From assembly GCF_009914755.1 (NCBI RefSeq), contig NC_060928.1: a stretch of DNA of 64,000 nt; one strand, written 5' to 3'. The stretch's first letter is position 1, and the number at the start of each line of letters is the position of its first letter. The translations under genes and the position numbers were made by a program. This stretch comes from the human T2T-CHM13v2.0 reference genome, Homo sapiens. The notes under the pieces are model-generated. The model was not told the origin of the DNA. It was given only the letters and a program-made list of their open reading frames with translations, and made no database searches. Of this stretch, positions 39,794 through 53,991 are shown piece by piece.

Positions 39794-40075
39794 GGATGGA
39801 GTTTCGCTCTCGTTGCCCAGGCTGGAGCACAGTGGTGCCATGTTGGCTCACTGCAACCTCCACCTCCTGGGTTCAAGCGCTTCTCCTGCCTCAGCCTCCT
39901 GAGTAGCTGAGATGACAGGTGCCTGCCACCACGCCCAGCTAATTTTGATTTTTTTAGTAGTAACAGGGTTTCACTATTTTGGCCAGGCTGGTCTCGAACT
40001 CCTGACCTCAGGTGATCTGCCCTCCTCAACCTCCCAAAGTGCTGGGATTACAGGTGTGAGCCACCACGCCCGGCC
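39761..40075 (-). mobile_element. AluSq/Sp-like, inside Tigger1
   Basis: T32 tail; gtttcgctctcgttgcccagg. Confidence 0.92.
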
Positions 40076-40289
40076 AACTCTTCTTTCACAAAAGATTTCT
40101 CTGTAGCGTATAATGCTGTCTGATGGAACTTTACCCACAGTAAACCTTTCAAAATTACAGTCCTTAAACTCTGCAGCTGCTGTATCAACTACATTTATGG
40201 AATATTCTAAATTCTTTGTTGTCATTTAAACAGTATTCCCAACATCTTTACCAAAAATAGATTCCACATCAAGAAACCATTGTTTCCTT

Positions 40290-40338
40290 TTTTTGTCACT
40301 GAATGTAGTGGCAAAAATCACAATTCTGCACCAACCTA
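40290..40338. mobile_element. MADE1 (Hsmar1 MITE) fragment, one arm truncated
   Basis: tttttgtcactgaatgtagtggcaaaaatcacaattctgcaccaaccta versus MADE1 TTTTTGCCATTGAAAGTAATGGCAAAAACCGCAATTACTTTTGCACCAACCTAA. Confidence 0.75.
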
Positions 40339-41150
40339 CTCAGTCACATCTTTAGGGTTCACTTCTAATTTTACTTCTCTTGCTGTTTCCACCACATCTG
40401 CAGTTACTTCCTACACTGAAGTCTTAAGCCTCCCAAAGTCATCCATGTGGATTGGAATAAACTTCCTCCAAACTTCTTTTAATGTTGATATTTTGACCTC
40501 TTCCCATGAACCGTTAACGTTCTTAATGGTATCTAGAATGGTGAAATCTTTCTAGAAGGTTTTCAGTGTATTTTGCCAAGGTCTATCAAAGAAATCACCA
40601 TTTATGGCAGTTATAGCCTTACAAAGTGTATTTATTACATAATAAGACTTGAAAGTTGAAATTACTCTTTTGATTCATGGGCTGCAGAATGGGTGTTGTG
40701 TTAAAAAGTACACAAACAAGGAGATTTACAAATCTTGTACGTCTCTATAAGAGTTCTAGGGTGATCAAGACCAGTATCAATGAGCACTAATATTTTGTTG
40801 TATGAGCACTACATCACAACAGTGGGCCTAAAATATTTAATAAACCATTGGTGAAAATAGACGTGCTGTCATCCAGGCTTTGTTCCATTTATAGGCAAAA
40901 TAGATTTAGCATAATTCTTAAGAGCTAGGATTTTCAAAATGGTAAATGAGCTTTGACACCAACTTAAATTTATGTTTCCCCCTAAAAAGGAAGTGAGCCT
41001 GTCCTTTGAAGCCAGGCACTGACTTCTCCTCTCTAGCTATGGAAGTCCTAGATGGCGTCTTCTTCCAATATAAGGCTGTTTTATCTACATTTAGAATCTG
41101 TTATTTAATGTAGCCACCTTCATCTATGATCTTAGCTAGCTCTTCTAAAT

Positions 41151-41463
41151 CAGGGGTCCCCAACCACGGGGCCAGTTAGGAACTCGACCACACAGCAGAA
41201 GGTGACTTGCGAGCAAGCATTACCATCTGAGCCCAGCCTCCTGTCACATCAGCAGCGTCATTAGATTCTCATAAAAGTTTGAATCCTGTTGTGTGAACTG
41301 CACATGCAAAGGAGCTAGGTTAAGCACTCCTTATGAGAATCCAACTAATTCATGATGATCAGAGGTAAAACAGTTTCATTTCGAAACCACCCCCACCCCC
41401 ATCTTTAGAAACATTGTCTTCCAGGAAACCAGTCCCTGGTGCCAAAAATATTGGGGGTGGTTG
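41151..41463. mobile_element. MER1B (hAT-Charlie), inside Tigger1
   Basis: caggggtccccaacc..cattagattctcata..ctccttatgagaatc..aaaccagtccctggtgccaaaaa; degenerate 8-bp TSD ttctaaat/ttctatac. Confidence 0.9.
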
Positions 41464-44400
41464 TTCTATACAGATAACTTGCTGCAGCTTCTACGGGAGC
41501 ATGTGCTGTTTCACCTTGTACCTTCATTTTATGGAGATAGCTTCTTTGGCTAAACTTCATGAACCAACCTCTGTTAGCTTCCAACTTTTCTTCTGTAGCT
41601 TCCTTACCTCACTCAGCCTTCACGTAATTGAAGAGAGTTAGGGCCTTACTCTGGATTAGGCTTTGGCTTAAGGGACTGTTGTAACTGGTTTGATCTTCAG
41701 TGATGTTCCAGATCACTGAAACTTTCTCTACATCAGCCATAAGGCCCTTTTACTTTCTTACTATTCATATGTTTACTGGAGTCACCCTTAAAAAAATTTT
41801 TTTAAGCTTTTCCTTTGCATTCACAGCATGCTTAATGGGCACCTGAGGCCTAGTTTTGGCCTCTCTCTGATTTCAACATGACTTCCTTTCTAAGCTCAAT
41901 CATTTCTAGCTTTCAACTGAAAGTTTAAAAAAAAAAAAGAAAAAAAGTATATGACTCTTCAGTTGAACACTTAGAGGCCGTTGTAGGCTTATCAATTGGC
42001 CTAGTTTCCATACTGTTGTGTCCTAAGTGATAGAGAAGTCTGAGGAGAGGGAGAGAGACATGGGAACAGTTGGTAAGTGGAGCTGTCAGGACACAAACAA
42101 CATTTATTGTCTAAGTTTGCTGTCTTATATGAGTGTCGTCCAAGTTGCCCTAAAACAATTACAGTAGTAACATCAAGATCACTGAACACAGATCACCATA
42201 ACAGATATAAAGCAGTAAAAATTTGGAAATATCTCAAGAGTTACCAAAATGTGACACAGTCATGAAGTGATCACACACTGTTGGAAAAATGGTGCCAATA
42301 GATTTGCTTGACGCAGGGTTGCCACCACATTTAGTTTGCAAAAAACAATATCCGTGGCATGCAATAAAGCAAAGTGCAATCAAACAAATTATACCTGTAT
42401 ATAAAAATTCAGTGATCTATATCCTGAAAACTGAGGCACTTTACTGTATTAAGCTATACACCCCATGAGAAATTCAATAAAAATGAATTTATATTTCTTA
42501 GTACCCTCATTTTAACATGTTCTTAACTGGCTTTATTCAATTAAAAAAAAAACCAACCAAAAACCTTAGTTTGTTGATTTAGTCATATTCTTCCCAATCA
42601 TGGAGCTAATACATAGCTTATTTTTATTTTTATTGTGTTTTCAGCCTTGTCTGGAAACAAAAATAGTTGGAAGGAGAGTTAGTTTAGAATGATGAAAAGA
42701 GAGCAAAATACATTCCAAAAATTTTCAAATAATTTCCAAATCATTGGACTCTAAATTATCACCTGGCCTTATTCTCTTCTGCCTGAAGGAACTAGTCTTC
42801 ATTATTTCTTCCCATTAGGGTGGAGATAATTAGTGTCAGCAAAGTGAACTATCAACCATATCCCCTCCTTATTCTTCTAAGGTCTGATTAATTGGTACTG
42901 AGAAGAAATGATATTTTACTTAAAGTTTTTACAGGATATTTTTATTTTATATTTTATATCGTATCCAAAAATTATGGTACTTTGCTGAACCTTTTCATAC
43001 ATTTCTTTATATGTAACTTTGCAGGCTTTTGCTACTTTATTATGAAGAGACTCCAGAGGAAACAAATAACACAAGCAGATAATCAATGAGAATTGAATGA
43101 AGGGACTGTTTACACATTAGTGGGCAAGGGGAACCTTAGGGCCAGCACAGTGGGAGACTTGACTGTCCCTAAACTTAAGGAGCAAAAGCCATGGGATGGA
43201 ATCTGAAGGGAGCGATGGCATTGGTCAGATGTATGCAAGCAGAGCTAAGTGGTTTTGCTCATTGTGCGGTATCCAGTAATCACTGATACTCTCTTTGCCC
43301 TGTATCAATATATTTCAAAGAGGATACACTGACATATTAAAGTAAATGTAATATTTCAAAATCTCTGGGCTGGGGCCCAAAATCTTACTTTAATAATCCA
43401 CATAAATGTGTTTTGCAGAACAAGACCATGTTTGGAAAACGGCAGTCATCCTGGGAAACTTTTTATTCTAAGCTGTTCTTGGTTCCCATCATCACACATA
43501 CCAATGCCAGAGTCATTATTGCTATAAAAGTATCACTTTCCAAGGTTCCTGAGTTTACCACCCTCATGTACTTATAGGGTTTTTATAACCATTATATTTT
43601 GAGGCAAATAGTATTTGTTCCTCAACAAACACATTTATTATATAGAATTTTATGGAAATACTGATTCTCTGTTTTAATAGTTTAAAATCTTTTGTGAGAT
43701 GGGAAAAGAACTGTTGCTTCATTTTATTATAATGAAAATAACTTAGAGACAAAAAGCCACCCAAAATTTCTTTTAACTTGTAAATACTGGTTACTATTCC
43801 AATTTTAATATATTAGAGCCCCCTACCAACATTTTTGAAGCAAAATTAAGCTATTGAAATTAAGATCCCTGTTTCTCCCAGTGAAGTTAAAAACTAACAA
43901 CATGTAAGAAACAAATTAGACAAATGAGTTTCAAGGATTTGAGTGTAAGGAATGACTTCTGTTTAAGTTCTATTTTGTTGGGCTTTGGAATATTTCTGCT
44001 ACAAGTACTACACTGTAGCACCTTGTCATTTTAATATATGTCTTACTTTGTTATCAAAAAATTAGGCATTATAAAATATATTTTATCTTTTATATAGTCC
44101 ATTTCACAGAATAGCCATAATGTTCTTTCAAGTAAGGATTATGGGAAATTAAATGCTCTTATGTTTAAAATAGATATTTATATCCTCTGTATCATTTATT
44201 AACTTATCAGAATCACTTTGCACTTTAAGATCCATCTAAGTATACTTAATAATATAGCTTTTTCCATGCTTTTTTAAAGCCTTAGTCAAAATATAGTAAC
44301 TTAGATTTTTTAATATGTTACTACAGTTTTAAACCAGTATTGGGAATGCTTTGATATTGTAATGTTTACAGTATATTTGGGGTAAAGTGGTGAGAGAAAT

Positions 44401-44466
44401 TGGAAGATGGAATTTTGGTATTTTAGAACTAGACTGTGTGGCCAAGCATGTAGAAATGCAGAATGT

Positions 44467-44770
44467 TGCCAGACACAGTGGCTCACACCTGTAATCCCAG
44501 CACTTTGGGAGGCAGAGGTGGGTGAATCACTTGAGGTCAGGAGTTCCAGACCAGCCTGGCCAACATGGCGAAACCCCATCTCTACTAAAAATACAAAAAT
44601 TAGCCAGGCATGGTGGTGCATGCCTGTAATCCTAGCTACTCGGGAGGCTGGGGCAAGAGAATATCTTGAGTCCTGGGGGCAGAGGTGGCAGTGAGCTGAG
44701 ATCATGCCATTGTATTCCAGCCTGGGCGATAGAGCGAAACTGTCTCAAAAAAAAAAAGAAAAGAAAAGAA
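44467..44770 (+). mobile_element. AluSx-like
   Basis: Full dimer with perfect 15-bp TSD agaaatgcagaatgt (44452-66 / 44771-85). Confidence 0.95.
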
Positions 44771-45229
44771 AGAAATGCAGAATGTGGTGTAGAAATATAT
44801 ACAATATATTATATTTAAAAATCTATAGTAATGCAGTTCCTTCTTTTTCTAAATTTAAATCTTTCCCCCTTTATGCTTATATAATTTTTAATAGACTTCA
44901 AAATGGAAACAACGTTCTAGTAATCTCAAATGTGAATGTAGAGAATTTCATCCAGTGACCTTTCCTGATTTATATTTCTGTCGTTCTTGATTTTATAAAT
45001 CAACTTGAAAATAAAATTTATAAAATTTCTTAACTGTTACCCCGAATCTTAGAACTGTAGTGATTTCTAAATTAAAAATCCTGTAGACATAAATATTCTC
45101 ATGCACTCTATATATACATTTCATTTGTGCAGTTTTGCATCTGTTTTTCCAGTTTTCCACTTTGTTGGGAAATGGTTTACATACTAAAAATAATGTTTGA
45201 ACAAAAATATTTTCTCACGTAATAACTTG

Positions 45230-45410
45230 TTACTGCTTTGCAGTTTGTCACAAATTTTACTATTCACTCATTTAATCTTTAACACAGTACTGTGAGATGA
45301 ACAGGAAATGACTATATTCCCATCTTAAGTTAGAGAATACTGAGACTCACAGACATTTAGGGACTGAAGTTACAAATTGAGTGGAATTACATCTAAAACT
45401 CAGGATTTAT
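45230..45410 (-). mobile_element. MIR
   Basis: ctcatttaatctttaacaca..ctgtgagat..attcccatctta..actgagactca. Confidence 0.65.
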
Positions 45411-46645
45411 AGCCGGGCCCTGCTGGACCCTAACAGACTCACAAGAAGAGAGAAAATGGTGCTTAACATATTTTTCAAATCAATTTCATGGAACTTAAAT
45501 TATAGTTATTAAATGCTTACTATGTTAAAATACTCTGTTAAGTAAAGCAGTTATATAGGATAGATTAAAATGTATGAGAAGATAAGAAAATATATGATAT
45601 TACACGTTATAAGGACATTGCTAACCTGTGTGAAAATATTTTTTTAACAGAGAGTTGTGATAATAACCAGAATTTAGGGGTTAAGAAATAAGGGAGAGGT
45701 AAGGCCTTTGAAGCAGCAGATGTGGACTATCCTTTTGACAGATTGAGGATTTGTGTGGGGAGGAGATAGTGAAGGGGATGAAAGAATACAAGCATACAAA
45801 ACAGCAACATACAAATGTGCTATCTTAAAACTCGAAAAGTGTAAAATGCTAAGCTGGACAAAGCTAGACTGAAGAAGAAAGGCCACTTTGCATTTATTAT
45901 CGGATTGGGAAAGGAGCAGGAAGCACCTGGTTGGAATCCTTGTGCTTGTGAAAATGGCCTTGTTAGAAAAGGGACATGACAAGAGGAAATTAGGAAAGAA
46001 GGTAAAGGAACACTGCAGCTCTTCCAGGGAGCTAATTGAGGTCTCCTGAGCCTGCTCCCTACCAAGCTCCAAAAGGAAGATGGGAGAAAGCCACCTAGAG
46101 CCACATCCACCAGAACTATCTGGAAGACTAAAGTTTTGTCCTTCCATCTGTGTTCAGCGCTACAGGGCTAAACAATTAGCAGAACTGAGACTGGACCCTG
46201 GTGGGCTGCCTCTCCAGTCTGTGTCCTCAACCCTATAATTTTCATTTCTGTTGAGATCACATATATTCAGATTATAAGTGGAGTATTACTTTTGTAAATT
46301 TTTGAAGGGTGGTTTGATAATTAGTTTCATTATTTTCAATTTTGCTCTGTGTATGTCTTATTAATCTGACTTTTTCTCATAAATGTAAACATAAGCACAA
46401 GTTGACATCTTGCTTTGGAACTGGTACAGTCCTGTTCATAAATTCAAATAGTTACCAAAATATGTGAAACTTGTGCATATCTTATTTTAATTGGCTACTT
46501 TCTTAATTCAGAAGTGAGGTTCCTCAGATGTATTTCAGTGATGCTGGAATTTCCAGCAAAGTCTCTCACGTCTGTCAAACATTCAGTAAATCACCTAATG
46601 TTTATAATTTACCAAATAATCAGACCTAATGCTTAATATAGCTGA

Positions 46646-46988
<343 letters not shown>

Positions 46989-48929
46989 AGATATTTTAAA
47001 TTTTAAAATTTAAAAATAAGATTTAGAGAACTCATTTAATTTTAGTTTTTTTTATTTCTCCTCTTTTTATTCTTCTTATTCTTTCTTATTGCAGTAAAAT
47101 AGAAACACAACAAAAGGAATACAATGATACCGTAAACCGTAAGAAAACTATTCATTCCTTACCAGAATGAAAATGAAAGAAATTCATATTTTATCTGAAT
47201 AATTTTTACAATGCTTGCAAATTTACCAGAACAACTGTAAAGAGTTCCAAAATTTAACTTAACTCAATGAACTAGTTATGGGAGATTTAGTGTGTGATAA
47301 TGTGAAAAAAAAATAAAAGATAAAGTAGCATCTGAGGAACAAATGCTAATATCTTAGATTTGGATAGCATACTGCCATTGTCTATACTGTATCTATTACT
47401 TTTTGTTTTGTAATCTCCTCTTTTCCTATGTTCATTGGAAATGACCAGTGCCACTAGCTTACTTTTCTTTCACGTAAAATATTACATTAGGGGAACTGGC
47501 TTGCTATTATCCTGCCATTTACCCAGAAGGACAGATGTCTCAAATAGTTCGTGAATTAAAAAAATACGAATCAAAAAAATCTGAAATCATACCCTGTAAG
47601 TTTGATAAGCCTTACTTTTCAGATGATTTAGTGTACGATATATTAAACAATTTATTTTTTATTTGAAATCTATATCTTGCACAGATAAAAATTCAGACAT
47701 GATGGGGCAGGTCCTAGCCTAAATGAAATACATATGCTTCACTAAATAATACTGTTTTTGTTATTAGTTCTAAGACTTGTTAGTTAATTTATAGTATATG
47801 TTCAGGAAAAAGTACATAAAATTTAACATAGATTTTAAAGTGGATTTCTTTCCGTCTTTTAAAGAAATCAATTTTCCTTTTCTTCTCTTGATATAAACCC
47901 CATTACAGTCTAAGATAAGGACACCAGATACTGCCCTAGTTTCAACTTATTTCAGAGCCTTGGAGCATAATATGGGGAACAATAAGACACAGAGCATTAT
48001 TTGTGCTTTCTAATCTGTTCAGACTATTTTAAATAAGCATAAATCAGATATTCACATGTTAATATGTTGAAGGGTAAAACGCGAATATATATCATTGCTT
48101 AAATAGGCTTAATGCTGTATACATAAATTTTCATCAAATCTTGCTCCCAAATATTTCTATTTTAATTTTGACAGGAGTTAATTTTCCTTTTATTTGTTAA
48201 CTCCCAGATAATTTACTGTAATTACATATAATTGACTTAGTAAATATATAGTTGCCTGAGTTTTTGAAGAAAGACAAAAATCTTTTATCCCAACCAAACT
48301 ATATTCATGCTAAAGTCACCCAAATTTGAGCCAGAATCGTATATCCATATTGCTGTGAACAACCGCAGAACACTAATTACAATAAATCTAATCTACCCAT
48401 TTGCAATGACACTTTAGATTAGAAAGGCTGTAGAGAGGGGTATGATTTAAGAGTGAAAAAATATTTCCAAAATTAAGTAAGAGTTTAGACCTGTAATTGA
48501 AAGAGACATTAATGTGTGTGTCATAATAGATGATAGGATATTCTACTACTGTGAAGCTGAGCCTCTTGTTACCTTGCAGCAGGGTACAACAATAAAAAAT
48601 CTTTGATTTTATTTGACATTCTTCTAATAGACTCCACACTTCTAAACATGAACAAGGAATTTCATATAGCTGATTCAGCAGCACATGGAATATTCATTTT
48701 CTCTAAAGCCTTGTACCTTTCTCTCAATGACCCTTGTGAAATGAATTTTAGTGTTTGTGTGCACTTCCTACATTTGAACGCTTACAGTGGCATGAGCCTT
48801 AAATGAGCAAGCTTTTAAATATTTGTTTATAACACATATATCCTCCTTGCCAGTTTATTTTCAGCTTTGTCTTCCACTGAACTTTACTTTTCCTGTTTCT
48901 GATCCTGGCTGCTTATATCTTGGCTAAGA

Positions 48930-49680
48930 GTAAATGTCTTGTTGTCTTAATGACCATGGAAGGCTTTTTGGAGTAGGTGGAGTTTGCAAAACCCCTTACA
49001 TAACAGAGGAAATGAAGCGGAGGCTGTTCCTGATGATACCTTCATACAAGCAAAAGTCCAATGTACAAAAGTACAAGGGGTTAACACTAAACACCTAACA
49101 CATTTATTCAAGCTAAGGGTTTGAGTAGAAAATTGAGTAGGGTTATAACAAGAATTGGTTTTGATTCTTAATTGCAAAAGACTCTGCACAGCAAACTATG
49201 TAGTTTGAATTTTACCCTTTAGGGGCCAGGGAAAATTAAGAAGAGATAACTGGCATGACCAAAGCAACAGGGTCCAAATACTAACTGGGAGTCTTTTGTA
49301 GTAATATCAGCCTATGTTGTGGTAGTGCCCGTGAGATAAAGGGATATATGTGAGCTTTTTTGACAGAAAAGTCAATACAAATAGCCATAGGTAAGGATAG
49401 TCTTACAATTTGGAAAGGCAAAAAAATAGAAAAAAAGACTAAGTAAAATAATGCGAATTGTGAGTATAGGTATCTGGGAAACAGCACACTCTTAATTGAT
49501 ATAGAGAAGTCAGAGACAGGTTGGGTTGAAGGATGATGAGGTCAGGTTGCACCATTTGAAACAAAACCATCAATGGAGTGTATCAGGAAGAAATTAAAAT
49601 ATAAACTGAGATAGCATGAGAGAAGTCTAAGGTGAAAAAATATTGGAAAAATTAAAACAGAGGTAGGTAGTTGAGTCTTT
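48930..49680 (-). mobile_element. Degenerate L2
   Basis: ggaaggctttttggagtaggtgg..ttaattgatatagag..gatgatgaggtcagg; purine-rich L2 antisense character. Confidence 0.45.
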
Positions 49681-52433
49681 TTTTGTTGTTTGCCATTTTA
49701 ATTTTTGATAAGGAGTTGTACAACATCAATTAAATACATCAACTCATTCTGAAAAAAGTTACTGTGTAAAGAAATGCATAGTAACAAACCTCAGCTTCCT
49801 GAAGTTGGAGCTATTGTGCACGACAGAGATAACAACTGTGTGACTTTGCTTAGTTTGGTTGTCTTTCTGTCTAAATGCTGCCTAAGATCCTTGGCTTGGC
49901 ATATGTGACAAGCAGAGTAACGAGTGCCATAATAAATGAAATTAATGTTCTGATTTCAGCAATGGTTTAGGTTCTGTTCATAATCACATATTATCATTTT
50001 CACAGAAATGGTAAAGAAGTAAAGTCCACTAAAGCAGCTCTCTTGATCTGAATGGAAAACTTATTTGTTGTAAAAGTGTTTATAATCTCTCTCTCTTTCT
50101 GTCTGCCCTACCTAAAATGGGGGTAATGATGTTACCTGTTTCAGTCACTGACATGTCACTATTAATAACCCACTAGAAAATAAGAAAAAAATTAATAAAA
50201 ATAGTAAATAAACTACTGGATTATAATATAGCTGGAGGGTCATATTATGACTTAACTGTATATAATATATGCTCTTTATGGATTTCTAATCTAATTTTTA
50301 TACTTTTAGAAATGTCCATCTTATTTTAGTATTTCTGATATAGAAGCTGATCTTGCCTTTAAAAAAAAAAGAATGGAAAAGTAGAAATACAAAGAAGCTT
50401 CTTTGAAATAATTCATAAATATATTATTTTAAAAATAAGACAATTGCCTATTTTAAAATGTCTCTGAAGTGGCAAGTGAAAATGTAGAAATTGCTAAAAT
50501 ATGATTAAAAAGAGAAGTGTTTCTTATATTCATCATAAGCCATGTGTATCTATTAAAAGACAAAAAGTGAATATTGTCCCGACGCAAAATTGCATTAACA
50601 AAAACTACGTACAGAATATAGAAAAACTTAATATCATAAAATTGCTCATTCAGTACTGACAACACATATTTTGTGGTTCATTCGGACCCTGATATTTTTT
50701 TCTTCTCAACCAGTTGTTTTCTTATTTTGCACAACTGAAATTCACTATTTTTCTTTTCTATTACTGTTTTATTATAGCCTCAAAGCACTTTATAAATAAG
50801 AAAAAAAACAGTAATTTCATGGTTATTAGACATTCCAAAATGTTCTATCTAAAAAATAGTTATCAGCTACATTAATACTGCCAAACTGTTGAAACCAATT
50901 TCTGTGTATTCTTTGCTCTAAGTTATTTAGCTTGAAGGATGTTGGGTGAGTTGCTGGATCAGACTGGCCAGTTGGATTCATTTCTCACTGGGAAAGGAAA
51001 TAAACTGATAATGCTATAATGATATTAATTTTAAATATTCCAGTACATTTCCCTAGTGAGTGCAAAAGGGCAGTTAAAAGCTCAATTTTGAGGACAGATA
51101 GGCCTATTAGTCTTGCATCTGCCATTTAAATAGCTGAATGATGTTTGGCATGCCTGTTGTAACCTCTCTAAGTCTCTACTGCTCAGATGTGATTAAATGA
51201 GGTACATTTGAAAAATAGGACAGAGTAATGATCATTAAATGGCAGATATTTCTCAAAGGGAGGCTTTATCACTGACCACAATTTTTTACTATAGAGTTAG
51301 ATGCTTTCATTAGTAAACTTCTCTTGTTTTGAAAATAATTTTCGTTGCTGTTGTATAGCTGAATAACATGAGCACAAAATCAAGCACAATTTTTATCTAT
51401 TTTATCTGTAGAAGCATGCATGGCTAAGAAACCTCTACTCATCTTTATATATGTTTTATAAGACAATGACTTCTGTCTTCAGTGTTCTCTTTCTTCTGTA
51501 AGTCCTGGAAGACCCTCATTATTATATTGCCATATTATCTTCTCAGATTTATAAAATTCTGTTATTTTTGGATTAATAAAAGCCCTTTTAGATCTGATAT
51601 ACAAAAATCTGTGTTATATGAATACACACATGATTTTGTTAAGTATACTTGTAAATATAATCAAACACAATGTAAATGTATCTATTAAAATATAGATGTC
51701 TTTAATGTGTACTTTAAGATAAAGCAAAATTACTTAATTTTTCAACAAGTTTTCTGTTGGTAATAAGCCAGGACCTGAGGTTTTTGGTGACTATCAGGTC
51801 TTTTAGTGTAAAAAATAATACATGGAAAAAAATACTTGAAGCATCCACAAATCGAAACTCAGCTGGGTTAGGAGTTTTCCTCTCAACAGACAAGTCTTGG
51901 GAAAGTGGTCTGTCTCAGGAAATATTCTGGTCTGTTATTTTCTCACAATTTTTATACACTCTCCTTTGATAACGATATATTGAAGCAACCCAATGTATGC
52001 ATTCATAGGTCTCTCCTTGTCATTTGGCTAGGTCATAGGTTGAGAAACATTGGTATCATTGATTGCTCACAATTCTCATCTTTAACCATGCTGAAACTTC
52101 TACTACCAGACACCTAAAATATCTCATATATTCTAAGACTATCCTAGGGGTACAATGGACACAAGAGATTTGTCTTGAGAAGATTGCCTAAATCATAGGG
52201 GGAAATGTGCATAGTAGGCATTTTAAAACCTAATTCTCCTTTCCCTTAGTTTTTCCGTTAATTTATTTCCACTTGTTCACTTATTCATTAATTTACTCAA
52301 AATGAGTAAGCACCTACTAGGTACAAATATGGAAGTCTAGACCAGGGAAGACACGGGTTTAAGGGATATTTTATGGATGCGGATGAGGCATCATTTGAAT
52401 TTCATAGTATAGTTAACAAAAACATACATTTCA

Positions 52434-52745
<312 letters not shown>

Positions 52746-52824
52746 TTACAGATAGAAGGGTTGAACAAAATAAAATCAGTAGTGAGCAACCTTACTGTGT
52801 GTAAATGCTTTAACATTTACCAGA

Positions 52825-52985
52825 TTTAACCTTGGGGAGGTGAATTAACCTTCCTTATCGTAGACTTTCTCATCTATGAAATGAAGATAATCTCATAGGG
52901 TTGTTGTGAGAATTAAATGAGATAATTCGTAGTACTTTTTAGCTTTGTGTCTAATGCATAATAAAAACCTAATATTTTTTAGCCC
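52825..52985 (+). mobile_element. MIR
   Basis: tttctcatctatgaaatgaagataatctcatagggttgttgtgagaattaaatgagataat. Confidence 0.85.
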
Positions 52986-53551
52986 TTAAATCGTTCCTAG
53001 AACTCTACTAACCCTTGGTATGATTATCCAAGCACTTTCACTCCAAAGTTTTCAATTTTAATCACTGCAAATATGTTAACTTGTATTGTGTATACAAGTG
53101 ACATGTTTAAGCAAAATGATGCTAATATAATAAAAATTTTAAAATGAGACAAAGTACTCATAGTGTTAAGCTCTCCAATATTGTGTTTGTATTGGCAATG
53201 GTTAGAAATGAATTATAGACCACAGGAAAATCTAGGTAACTCAAAGCAGTTGAATAATTCAAATGTTTAGCCACGATGATAAGGAAGAACTTTTATTTGT
53301 TTTAAAAGTGTTCTATCTACGATGTGTGATGTTAACATTTCCACCGACAAATGAAACAAGTTTGTCAATAAATATATTAGGAAATACCATATAAAGAATA
53401 AAAAAAGCCCTCTTTAATAAAGCCAGGACATATTTTCTTGCCTCAATTATATAGCACTATCAAATCAAAAATTAGACTTTTGGCATATGATTTCTGACAA
53501 TTCCATGTTTCCTCCTAGGTAACACTGCAATATTGTTAATCTACATGGAAA

Positions 53552-53991
53552 CCCTGCATTAAAATTTTTGGTTAGGGCGACCTCGGGGCATAATCTAACC
53601 TCTGAGCAACCTATGCTAAGACTAAACCAGTTTAAGCAAATTATTATACATATACTGACCCAATAATTTGATCAACAGAATAAGTTACCCTAGGATAACA
53701 GCGCAATCCTATTCTAGAGTCCATATTGACAATAGGGTTTACAACCTCGATGTTGGATCAGGACATCCTAATGGTGTAGCTGCTATCAAGGGTTTGTTTG
53801 TTCAATGATTAAAGTCCTACATGATCTGAGTTCAGACCGGAGCAATCCAGGTCAGTTTCTATCTATTTTATTTTTCTCCCAGTATGAAAGGACGAGAGAA
53901 ACAGGGCCCACTTCATAAAGCGCCCTCGCCCTATAGATGATATTATCTTAAGCTAACAAATCACCTCATATCTTACCCAAAAGTAGGGTTT
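53552..53991 (+). pseudogene. MT-RNR2: NUMT: 3' part of mitochondrial 16S rRNA (nuclear pseudo-copy)
   Basis: gataacagcgcaatcctattctagagtccata, cctcgatgttggatcaggacatcc and gatctgagttcagaccggag match conserved mt-16S domain V; many CpG-type transitions relative to human mtDNA. Confidence 0.96.

Larger units (their letters stand above)
39067..42397 (-). mobile_element. Tigger1 (TcMar/pogo), near full length, dead transposase, four nested insertions
   Basis: Both termini present (right end ..atacctg|TA at 42397); ~2.4 kb after removing inserts; frame [29 protein letters not shown] resembles the Tigger1/TIGD1 C-terminus. Confidence 0.92.

Noticed and set aside
39067-42397. Active or domesticated transposase gene
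   Set aside because: The reading frame is interrupted by Alu, MADE1 and MER1B insertions plus stops and deletions.
45674-46147. 157-aa minus-strand ORF
   Set aside because: S/F/L-rich antisense of a purine-rich, partly L2-like stretch with no recognisable domain; compatible with chance.
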